16,461 nt of DNA from Candidatus Eiseniibacteriota bacterium (lineage in GTDB: Bacteria; Eisenbacteria; RBG-16-71-46). Position 1 is the stretch's first letter; the number at the start of each line of letters is the position of its first letter. The notes below the pieces were generated by a model. The model had not been told where the DNA came from and did no database searches. It was given only the letters and a program-made list of their open reading frames with translations. A program made the translations under genes and the position numbers. Where the stretch lies: positions 1-16,461 of the forward strand of contig JANLWX010000087.1 in the NCBI GenBank assembly GCA_031364845.1. Reading direction: 5' to 3'. Positions 8,067 to 15,302 of the stretch are shown here, in pieces.

Positions 8067-9211
8067 GCCGCGATCCCTTCGTCGCGCGCTTCGGCGGCGG
8101 CCGGTGCCGAGCGCCTCGACGAACGCAGATCCGAACGCAAGGTGCCGACCGCGAGTCCCGCCGCGATCGCGAGCAGATGGAGAGCGAGTCCGGACATCCA
8201 GACCCCGGAACACACGGCGAGCACGCACAGCACACACACGCCCTGGACCGCGATCCAGCGCGGAGCCTCGTGCGGGCGGAAGCGCCGGACCCGCCCCGCG
8301 ACATGCGCGAGCGCGAGCAACGCGACGGTCGCGAGTCCGGCGCGAACCCATGCGCCGGCGTCGATCGGCAACGCAAAAGTGATATCGGGAATGCGCTGGG
8401 TCGCGACCAGCAGTGCCTCGCTCGCGGTGCCGCCGGCGAGTGCGAGCGACCACAGCCCGCGGATCTTCGGATGCCCCGCGTTCACCGCGAGACCCGCGGT
8501 GAGCGGAAGTGCGACGAGCAGCAGCGTCCATGAGCCGCCCGCGGCACCCCACATCGACTCGCGCGCGCTCAGCGCGCCCTCGGCGACCGGAACCCGCTGG
8601 ATCGCCGACCACATCACGTGGGCACCCGTGAGCACAGTCGCGAGCGGGAATGCGCCCCAGCCGAAGCGGCCGCCACCCGGACGCAGCGCGATCGTGACCG
8701 CCGCATAGAACACCACCCCCGCCACCATCAGGCGGCGGAACTCCGAATACGGATCCGCATGCGGCATGAACGCGATGGTCGTGATCGCGTACGAGAACAG
8801 CGCGAGCGCCATCACGCGATCGACCGGCGTGCGCGGCAACAGCGGTCGATCGAGCCCGATCGCGCGCACCAGCGCGATCGCCACCACGCCGATCGCGAGC
8901 ACGTCGCCGAGGCCCAGCGCGCCGAGCCGCGCGCGCGTGTCCGCCGGCAGGACGGTTTCGACGGTCGAGGCGATCACCAGCGCCGAGGGGAACCACCACA
9001 GCCACTGCACGTGCCGCCAGCCCCACAACGCCAGCAGGCCGCCGATCAGAACGCCGGGCAGCAGATCGTGACTGCCGAGATACGCGAGCCACAGACATGC
9101 GAACGCCCACAGCACTCCGAGCAGCCACAAGGCGAGCGCTTCGTCGAAGCCAGGCGTCACGCCGGGATCGGAGCGTTCGGAGCGCACCAGCGTGCGCCAG
9201 CGCGACTTCAT
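8063..9211 (-). CDS. Polytopic membrane protein, degenerate Wzy/O-antigen-ligase-like
   Basis: ATG at 9211 with GGAGG RBS and ATGA overlap; 382 aa, highly hydrophobic. The N-terminal half resembles the protein at 1067-2479, but there is no HP..G.G / HN loop. Confidence 0.7.
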   Translation of the reverse strand: MKSRWRTLVRSERSDPGVTPGFDEALALWLLGVLWAFACLWLAYLGSHDLLPGVLIGGLLALWGWRHVQWLWWFPSALVIASTVETVLPADTRARLGALGLGDVLAIGVVAIALVRAIGLDRPLLPRTPVDRVMALALFSYAITTIAFMPHADPYSEFRRLMVAGVVFYAAVTIALRPGGGRFGWGAFPLATVLTGAHVMWSAIQRVPVAEGALSARESMWGAAGGSWTLLLVALPLTAGLAVNAGHPKIRGLWSLALAGGTASEALLVATQRIPDITFALPIDAGAWVRAGLATVALLALAHVAGRVRRFRPHEAPRWIAVQGVCVLCVLAVCSGVWMSGLALHLLAIAAGLAVGTLRSDLRSSRRSAPAAAEARDEGIAA

Positions 9212-10374
9212 GCCGCCTCCTCGAGCGACGGCGTATCCGCCGGCGTCGCCGGCGTGGCGCCCGCGGCTGCCGCGAGGCCGCTCTCGCGCCACCACGTCCA
9301 CGCGATCGAGAACGCCGCGCACAGTCCGAGCGCGAGCACCACGGTCACCGCGCGCTTCGGACGCGCGTGCCGCTCGGGCAGTTCCGCGGCGTCGAGGATC
9401 GAGAAGCTCGCGACCGGATTCGCCTCTTCGACGCGCGCCTGTTCGTAGAGCCGCCGCAACAACTCGCTCACCGCGGTCAGGCTCCCGACTTCGCGCGTGA
9501 GCATCAGGTACTGCTGCTTGAGCGCCGGCAGGGCCGCGCCCTTAACGCGCATCGAGCCGCCCTGTCGCACGAGCCGGTCGATCTGGCGATCCAGTTCGGC
9601 CAGACGCTGGCGCATGACCTGGACCTGCGGCGACTGGTCGGTGAAGTAGGCCCGTGCTCCGGCGAGTTCGGTTTCGATCAGCGCGCGCTGCGCCTGCAGC
9701 TGGGCGCTCGCCGACATCGTCTCGCGCGCCTGATCGGGCAGCGACACGGCACCGTTGGTCTCTTCGAACGCGCGCAGGCGCATGGCGGCGGTCGCGATCT
9801 CGGCTTCGAGCTCTTGCAGCCGCGCTTCGAGATACGTGCGCCGCTGGGCGGCGAGGCTCGTCTTCAGGCGATTCGACTCGCTCGCGGCGAACCCGGCATA
9901 CGCCGCGGCCATGTCGCGCGCGAGCACCGGCGACTTCGCCTCGACCGCGATCACGAGCTGTCCCTCGCGCGGCGTGGTGAGCGTCGTGTGCTCGGCGAGT
10001 TGCTCGCGCGCCTGCTGGCGGCGCTTGAGCTGCCACATGCGCACCAGATCGAAGCGCGTCACCATCGAGTCCGCGACCGCGCGGCTCGTCATCACCATCT
10101 TCAACTGGTCCTGTGGCGTCGGCGCGCCGCTCAGGCTGAACGACGCACCCGGCAACCCGCCGGTGAGCCCGGCGAAATCGAGCGACAGACCGTCACCGGG
10201 TGCCGGGACCAGCGTCACGCTCGATGCGAACCAGCGCGGCATCAGCAGCACCGCACCGACCGCGGCGACCGCCACAACGCCATGCAGCATGGCGAGGCGC
10301 ACGCGCCGCCGCCACAGCGCGGCCGCGAGTCGCGGGATGTCCAGCGTGGCGCGGCGTCCGCTCCAATCGATCAC
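9208..10374 (-). CDS. Polysaccharide co-polymerase / chain-length determinant (Wzz/GumC-like, no kinase domain)
   Basis: GTG at 10374 (GTGA overlap); N-terminal TM helix, MTSRAVAD, long coiled coil, SPQV, ILDAAELPERHARPKR plus a C-terminal TM helix; 388 aa. Confidence 0.88.
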   Translation of the reverse strand: MIDWSGRRATLDIPRLAAALWRRRVRLAMLHGVVAVAAVGAVLLMPRWFASSVTLVPAPGDGLSLDFAGLTGGLPGASFSLSGAPTPQDQLKMVMTSRAVADSMVTRFDLVRMWQLKRRQQAREQLAEHTTLTTPREGQLVIAVEAKSPVLARDMAAAYAGFAASESNRLKTSLAAQRRTYLEARLQELEAEIATAAMRLRAFEETNGAVSLPDQARETMSASAQLQAQRALIETELAGARAYFTDQSPQVQVMRQRLAELDRQIDRLVRQGGSMRVKGAALPALKQQYLMLTREVGSLTAVSELLRRLYEQARVEEANPVASFSILDAAELPERHARPKRAVTVVLALGLCAAFSIAWTWWRESGLAAAAGATPATPADTPSLEEAA

Positions 10375-12392
10375 TTGGTCGCCGCCATGATCAGCGCCGT
10401 CATGGCCGCCAGCTCCATCATGAAGCGCGACGTCGCGGCGAACGTGCGGCCGAACCCGCCGTTTCCGACTTCGCGCGACGGAATCACGATCGCATCGCCC
10501 GGCTCGATGCGCTTCACGGACGCGCGCGGAATCGCGGCGCCATTGGAGCGGAAGACATAGGCACGGCCGAGATCGGCCTGGCGCGACACACCGCCGGCGA
10601 GCTTGAGGTAGTCCTCGAGCGAACCCGAGCGGCGCGCCATCACCGAGCCCGGATTCATGACGCTGCCGAGCACGGTCACGGTCGCGGGCTTCATGGGAAC
10701 CACGAACCGGTCGCCGTCTTCGATCACCGGATCCTTGGGCGTGTTCATCCACTTGCCTTCGGCGTCGAGTTCGAGCACCACGCGTCCCGGATCGGTCTGA
10801 TCGGCGAGTGCGACCAGCAGTTCCCCTTCGGCCTTGCCGACCGCATTCGCAGCACTGCTGTCGCCGGCCTGTGCCAACTGCGTGCGCTGGCGCGCGAGGT
10901 CGACGCGCTGGCGCTGGACGAACTCCTGCACGAACACGCGTTCGCGCGCGGCCGAGCTCGAGCGCGTGAACACCGCCGCCGCGATGAATCCCTGCGGCGT
11001 GAGTCCACCGGCGCGAGCCAGCACGTGCGACAACCGTTCGCCGCCGGTCACCGCGTAGGTTCCGGGGCGCATGACTTCGCCTTCGAGGCTGATGCTGCGC
11101 GGGAAGCGCGCGGTCGAGAACACCGTGACCGCATCGAGCGGACGCAGCTCGACATCGCCCTCGCCCGCCCACACTTTGCGCGGCGAGATCGGCTGCACGT
11201 CGACCTGGAACGTCTGCGGATCGACGCGGCGCAGCTCGGCACGATCGAGATCGGCCTCGGGCAGCAACCGCTCCGCGGTGATCAGCTGCGACAGGCGCAT
11301 GCCGGCGGCGAGTTCGTACTCGCCCTCCTGCCGCACGTAGCCGTCGAGCGTCACCACGTTGCGCGTGCGCTCGTTGAGCGGCATCACCGTCACGAGATCG
11401 AAGTTCGACAGCATCAGCGAATCGGCCGCGATGCCATGGCCGTTGCGCAGAGGCAGGTCTTGCAGCCGGAATCCGCCGTTCGCATCCACGCGCTCGATAC
11501 GCACGCGCGCGAGGTCGGCGAAAGCGGTCGCCCCGCCCGCCATGTCGAGCAGCGCGCGCAGCGTCACGGGCCCAGTGGATTCGTAGACACCGGGGCGCAC
11601 CACCGCGCCCTGAATGCCGACGTGTCCCCTGGCGAGGCCGACGAACACGACATCGCCGCCCTGGAGCCGCGTGTCGTTCGCGCGATCGCCCGCGAGCAGG
11701 AACGGATACAGATCGAGGCGCGCGACTTCCTGATTGCCGCGCAGCACTCGCAGATCACGCAGCGCGCCGAGTTCCGACGGACCGCCGGCCGCGAGCAACG
11801 CATTGAACGCGGTCGCGAGCCCGTTGAGCGTGTACTTGCCGGGGCGCACCGCCGCTCCCAGCACGAACACGTCGAACGCGCGCACGCGCCCCATCGAGAT
11901 CTGGACGCGCGTGTTGCGCAGCACGCTCGCGAGCCGCGACTGCAGCAGCCGCTCGGCATCAGCGAACGCGAGCCCGCCGAGGAACACCGCGCCGATGCGG
12001 GGCACGAACACTTTTCCCTCGCGATCAAGCGTGAGCGAATAGGTCGAGTCGCTGTAGCCCGAAACGAACACCACGAGATTGTCGCCGGGGCCGAGCACGT
12101 AGTCGGGGCCGACGGGGCCGTTCTCGGCGGGACCGAAGCGGGCTTCGTTGCCGGCGAACAGATCGCGGCCGAACTCGGGAAGCCCGCGCCAGCGAGATGC
12201 GGCCGTCGGAGTGGCGAGCGCGCGGCGCAGGCTCTGCACCGCCTCGCTGCCCGGGGACTTTTCCTGCTGCAGCGTTTCATCGACGATCGGATCGGCGAAC
12301 CCGGAACCCGCCACGGCGCACAGCGCCCATGCGGCGGCGAGGGCGAGCGCGATCGCCCGGACCCGGGTCCGAGAAGTGGTTTCGGACGTCAT
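10371..12392 (-). CDS. Polysaccharide export protein (OPX; Wza/KpsD/OtnA-like) with multiple SLBB domains
   Basis: Signal peptide from ATG 12392; FGRDLF, PDYVLGPGD, repeated G.V.RPG.Y ... L..AGG SLBB units, IEPGDAIVIP and a C-terminal helix; 673 aa. Confidence 0.92.
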   Translation of the reverse strand: MTSETTSRTRVRAIALALAAAWALCAVAGSGFADPIVDETLQQEKSPGSEAVQSLRRALATPTAASRWRGLPEFGRDLFAGNEARFGPAENGPVGPDYVLGPGDNLVVFVSGYSDSTYSLTLDREGKVFVPRIGAVFLGGLAFADAERLLQSRLASVLRNTRVQISMGRVRAFDVFVLGAAVRPGKYTLNGLATAFNALLAAGGPSELGALRDLRVLRGNQEVARLDLYPFLLAGDRANDTRLQGGDVVFVGLARGHVGIQGAVVRPGVYESTGPVTLRALLDMAGGATAFADLARVRIERVDANGGFRLQDLPLRNGHGIAADSLMLSNFDLVTVMPLNERTRNVVTLDGYVRQEGEYELAAGMRLSQLITAERLLPEADLDRAELRRVDPQTFQVDVQPISPRKVWAGEGDVELRPLDAVTVFSTARFPRSISLEGEVMRPGTYAVTGGERLSHVLARAGGLTPQGFIAAAVFTRSSSAARERVFVQEFVQRQRVDLARQRTQLAQAGDSSAANAVGKAEGELLVALADQTDPGRVVLELDAEGKWMNTPKDPVIEDGDRFVVPMKPATVTVLGSVMNPGSVMARRSGSLEDYLKLAGGVSRQADLGRAYVFRSNGAAIPRASVKRIEPGDAIVIPSREVGNGGFGRTFAATSRFMMELAAMTALIMAATK

Positions 12393-12562
12393 CGTGCACT
12401 CTTCTTCGAGGGTGAAAGAGTCGGCGAATTCGAATGGGTCCGGGGGGAATCCGGACGGCATACGTGCACGGTGGGGATCGGCAGAATGCACGAGGGACTT
12501 GAGCGCCAAGCCACCCAGAACTCGTTTTCAGAGCGCCGCGAGGCGGGTTGTGGAGGGGTGCT

Positions 12563-12592
12563 GCGGTGCTCCCGGGGCACCGGGAGCACCGC
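12563..12592. repeat. Perfect 13-bp inverted repeat upstream of the polysaccharide operon
   Basis: GCGGTGCTCCCGG-GGCA-CCGGGAGCACCGC. Confidence 0.75.
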
Positions 12593-12690
12593 CCGGCATT
12601 GCGCGGCGCACGGAAGGACACCCGGCGCGGGAAGGGCGGGGTTTTTGGGCCGCGGGAAGTCCCGAGCCACTGATCTCAGGGTTGCCACGG

Positions 12691-12717
12691 GCGGCGGCCC
12701 GAGATCCGAGCCGCCGC
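12691..12717 (-). terminator. Terminator-like hairpin after the folE-GT2-oxidoreductase cassette
   Basis: Minus strand GCGGCGGCTCG-GATCT-CGGGCCGCCGC, about 10 nt after the stop at 12727; no U-tract. Confidence 0.4.
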
Positions 12718-12726
12718 GGGGGTCCG

Positions 12727-13638
12727 TCAGCCTCCGCGCAGTTGCGCGCGCAGATCCGCCATGGCGGTCGCGGCCGAGCCGGCGGCGACCGCGATGCTCG
12801 GCAACAGCGGCCGCACCACGTCGCCCGCCGCCCACACGCGCGCGCGCGAGGTGCGCCCGCGCGCATCGGCGACGACGTAGCCGTCCGGATCGCGATCGAG
12901 CCCGGTGCACCACTCGGCGTTGGGCGTCATGCCGATCTTGATCACGGCGCCGCGCGCCGGAAGTTCCAGCGTGCGCCCTTCATGCGAGAGGCGCACGCGT
13001 TCGAGCCGCTGGCCGCCCTCCAGCGCGACGACCGCGGCACGTTCGAGCACCGTGATGTTCGGATCCGACGCCGCGCGCGCGCGAAACTCGGGCCGCGCGC
13101 TCGGGCGGCCGCGCACGAGCAGCGTGACGCGGCATCCGACTTCGGTCAGCAGCCACGCGTTCTCGAACGCACCATCGCCACCGCCGACGACCACGACCTC
13201 CGCGCCCGCGAGGTGCTCGCGGTCGAGTCGCGCGGAGTAGGTGACGCCGCGGCCTGCGAATTCGGTCTCGCCGGGAACACCCAGCCGCCGGCGTCGCAGG
13301 CCGGTCGCGACCAGCAGCGCATTCGCCGTGACGCGACTTCCGTCCGCCATCGTGACCGTGACCTCGCTCCCGTCCGCCGCGATCGAGGCGGCTTCCGCTC
13401 CCGCTTGAAATGCGATGCCGGTGGCGGCGAGTTGCGCGGCGAACGCCGCGGCGATCTCGGGTCCGGTTCCTTCCGCGATGCCCGGAATTTCGACCGGATG
13501 GAAGTGGACCAGATGCAGTTGTCCGCCGGGTTGTGCCGCGCGTTCGAGGATGCGTGCCCGGATCCCGAACGTTTGCGCCCACAAGGCCGCCGAAACGCCG
13601 GCCGGGCCCGAGCCCACGATCAGCAGTTCATCGGTCAT
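12727..13638 (-). CDS. Thioredoxin reductase-like NAD(P)/FAD oxidoreductase lacking the CxxC motif
   Basis: GSGPAG (FAD), GGQL, LVATG, LGVPGE, GRGVTYSARLD (canonical GRGVSYCATCD), GGGDGAFE, WAAGD. ATGA overlap and GGAG RBS; 303 aa. Confidence 0.88.
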   Translation of the reverse strand: MTDELLIVGSGPAGVSAALWAQTFGIRARILERAAQPGGQLHLVHFHPVEIPGIAEGTGPEIAAAFAAQLAATGIAFQAGAEAASIAADGSEVTVTMADGSRVTANALLVATGLRRRRLGVPGETEFAGRGVTYSARLDREHLAGAEVVVVGGGDGAFENAWLLTEVGCRVTLLVRGRPSARPEFRARAASDPNITVLERAAVVALEGGQRLERVRLSHEGRTLELPARGAVIKIGMTPNAEWCTGLDRDPDGYVVADARGRTSRARVWAAGDVVRPLLPSIAVAAGSAATAMADLRAQLRGG

Positions 13639-14450
13639 CGCGGAACTCCGCCTTTGAGAACTTCGGCGACTTCCCAGAACGTGCGCGGTTCGAGCGGCGG
13701 AAGCCCGTGACGATCGGCGAGCTGTGCGAGATACGAACGCCGCGCGGGACCGAAGTCGGCCGACTGATTACCGGCCTCGCGCATGCGCACCTCGGCCGTC
13801 ACGCCGCGAACGCGGCGCGGAGTCGCGTGCTTCGCCGCGCGCAGCAGGAAGTCCCAATCCTCGGACGCGGTGAATGATTCGTCGAAGCCGCCGAGCGCTT
13901 CAAAGCGCGCACGGCGCACGGCGAACGCGCTCGGCGAGATCCAGTCGTTGGTGCGCATCATCATCTCGTCCCAGTCGTGGGCGAGCGGACGACGATCGAG
14001 TTCGTGGCGCGCACCGTCCGATTCGATCCGCTCGCGGATCACGACGGCATCGGAGTACGCGAGTTCCACGCCCGGATCGGCGAACGCCGCCGCCAGCTGT
14101 TCGAGGTGCGCGGGCAGCCAGCGATCGTCGTCGTCTAGAAATGCGAGCACTTCGCCCTTCGCATCGCGGGCCGCGGCATTGCGTGTCGCTGCGGCCACAC
14201 CGCCGCGCGCGCTCACCCACGTCACGTTGATGGACTTCGGAACATCCACCGCATCCGCGGCGGGCGCCGCACCCGCGTCACCGATGCGCACTTCGAGCGG
14301 CGGCAGCGACTGCGCCGCGACCGAGCGCAACGCGTCGGCCAGAAGTTCCGGCCGCTCGCAGGTGGCGAGGATCACCGAGAACGTGGGGATGCCTTCTGCG
14401 ACGGGACGATCACGGCAGGAGTGCAGCCCACCGCGGCTCGGCGAGCGCAC
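13635..14450 (-). CDS. Glycosyltransferase family 2 (GT-A); start codon uncertain
   Basis: FSVILATCERP, RNAAARDAKGEVLAFLDDDD (DxD), GGFDESFTASEDWDFLLR. The nearest in-frame standard start is GTG 14450, overlapping the folE end by 41 nt. Confidence 0.85.
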   Translation of the reverse strand: MRSPSRGGLHSCRDRPVAEGIPTFSVILATCERPELLADALRSVAAQSLPPLEVRIGDAGAAPAADAVDVPKSINVTWVSARGGVAAATRNAAARDAKGEVLAFLDDDDRWLPAHLEQLAAAFADPGVELAYSDAVVIRERIESDGARHELDRRPLAHDWDEMMMRTNDWISPSAFAVRRARFEALGGFDESFTASEDWDFLLRAAKHATPRRVRGVTAEVRMREAGNQSADFGPARRSYLAQLADRHGLPPLEPRTFWEVAEVLKGGVPR

Positions 14451-14970
14451 CGCGCCGCACGCGGGTCTCGACGTTGCCCGCTTTGCGCACGCCGCGCATC
14501 TCCATGCACAGGTGCCGCGCTTCGAGCATTACGGCCACACCGCGCGGGCGGACCAAGCGCTCGAGATGATCGGCGATTTGCGTGGTGAGGCGCTCCTGGA
14601 GCTGCGGGCGGTGCGAGTAGAAATCCACGAGCCGCGCCGGGGCGCTGATGCCGACGATGTGCTCGCCCGGGAGGTACGCGATGTGCGCGCGGCCGAAGAA
14701 CGGCACGAAGTGGTGCACGCACAACGAGTGGAATTCGAGGTCGCGCACGATCACGAGATCGTCGCCGCGATCCTCGTGCGGGAAGATCGCGAGGTCGGGC
14801 TCGTTCTCGGGATCGAGGCCCGAGAAGATCTCGGTGTACAGCTCGGCGACGCGCGACGGGGTGCGTTCCAACTCGGGCTCGGCTTTGGGATCGAGCTTGA
14901 GGGCGCGGATCAGCGCGGCGATCGCGCGCTCGACCTCGGCCGGATCGGGATCGCGGGAATCAGCGCTCAT
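14410..14970 (-). CDS. folE: GTP cyclohydrolase I (FolE family), divergent
   Basis: ATG 14970 with GGAGGAGG RBS; TPSRVA, SLCVHHFVPFFG, HIAYLP, RPQLQERLTTQIA, EARHLCMEMRGV; 186 aa. Confidence 0.92.
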   Translation of the reverse strand: MSADSRDPDPAEVERAIAALIRALKLDPKAEPELERTPSRVAELYTEIFSGLDPENEPDLAIFPHEDRGDDLVIVRDLEFHSLCVHHFVPFFGRAHIAYLPGEHIVGISAPARLVDFYSHRPQLQERLTTQIADHLERLVRPRGVAVMLEARHLCMEMRGVRKAGNVETRVRRGALAEPRWAALLP

Positions 14971-15055
14971 GAGCACCTCCTCCCCCGCGGCCGGCAGGAA
15001 ACCGGCGGAACGGGCCGCCGAGGCGGGGTTTACGCGACCGGTCCCGATGACGAAC

Positions 15056-15078
15056 GGGGCCGGCACCGGGCCGGCCCC
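15056..15078 (-). terminator. Hairpin immediately downstream of tRNA-Gly (probable intrinsic terminator, weak U-tract)
   Basis: Minus strand GGGGCCGGC-CCGGT-GCCGGCCCC followed by GTTCGT. Confidence 0.6.
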
Positions 15079-15085
15079 TCTAAGA

Positions 15086-15162
15086 TGGAGCGGAAGACGG
15101 GATTCGAACCCGCGACAACCACCTTGGCAAGGTGGGGCTCTACCGGGCTGAGCTACTTCCGC
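15086..15162 (-). tRNA. tRNA-Gly (anticodon GCC)
   Basis: GCGGAAGTAGCTCAGCCCGGTAGAGCCCCACCTTGCCAAGGTGGTTGTCGCGGGTTCGAATCCCGTCTTCCGCTCCA: full cloverleaf, CCACC/GGTGG anticodon stem, TTCGA T-loop, encoded CCA. Confidence 0.97.
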
Positions 15163-15182
15163 TCGAAAATCGAACGGCGGCG

Positions 15183-15211
15183 AATATATCGGCCAGCCTG
15201 CGAACCGTCAA
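15183..15211 (-). promoter_or_regulatory. Sigma70 promoter of tRNA-Gly
   Basis: TTGACG (15211-15206), 17-nt spacer, TATATT (15188-15183), then a GC-rich discriminator CGCCGCC as expected for stable-RNA promoters. Confidence 0.8.
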
Positions 15212-15231
15212 CCGAGGCGCGCCCCGAGTGC

Positions 15232-15260
15232 TTGTTTCGTCCGGCACCGTGCGCGATGCT
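15232..15260 (+). promoter_or_regulatory. Possible promoter for the formate dehydrogenase gene
   Basis: TTGTTT, 17-nt spacer, GATGCT; weak match only. Confidence 0.3.
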
Positions 15261-15302
15261 GCGCGCAACGCAGCGTCGATGCGGCCCAACCCGGAGGTCC
15301 CG

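Noticed and set aside
10544..10556. 13-nt direct repeat (TGGAGCGGAAGAC) of the tRNA-Gly 3' end (15086-15098), suggestive of an att site
   Set aside because: It lies inside the intact exporter gene and encodes part of a typical SLBB motif (YVFRSNG). There is no integrase and no compositional break, so it is most likely chance.
2476..12509. Long N-terminal extensions in the ORF track (e.g. 709, 664, 760, 656 and 654 aa versions) suggesting fusions or nested genes
   Set aside because: The true starts are fixed by stop/start overlaps and RBSs; the extensions are off-frame reads of the upstream genes.
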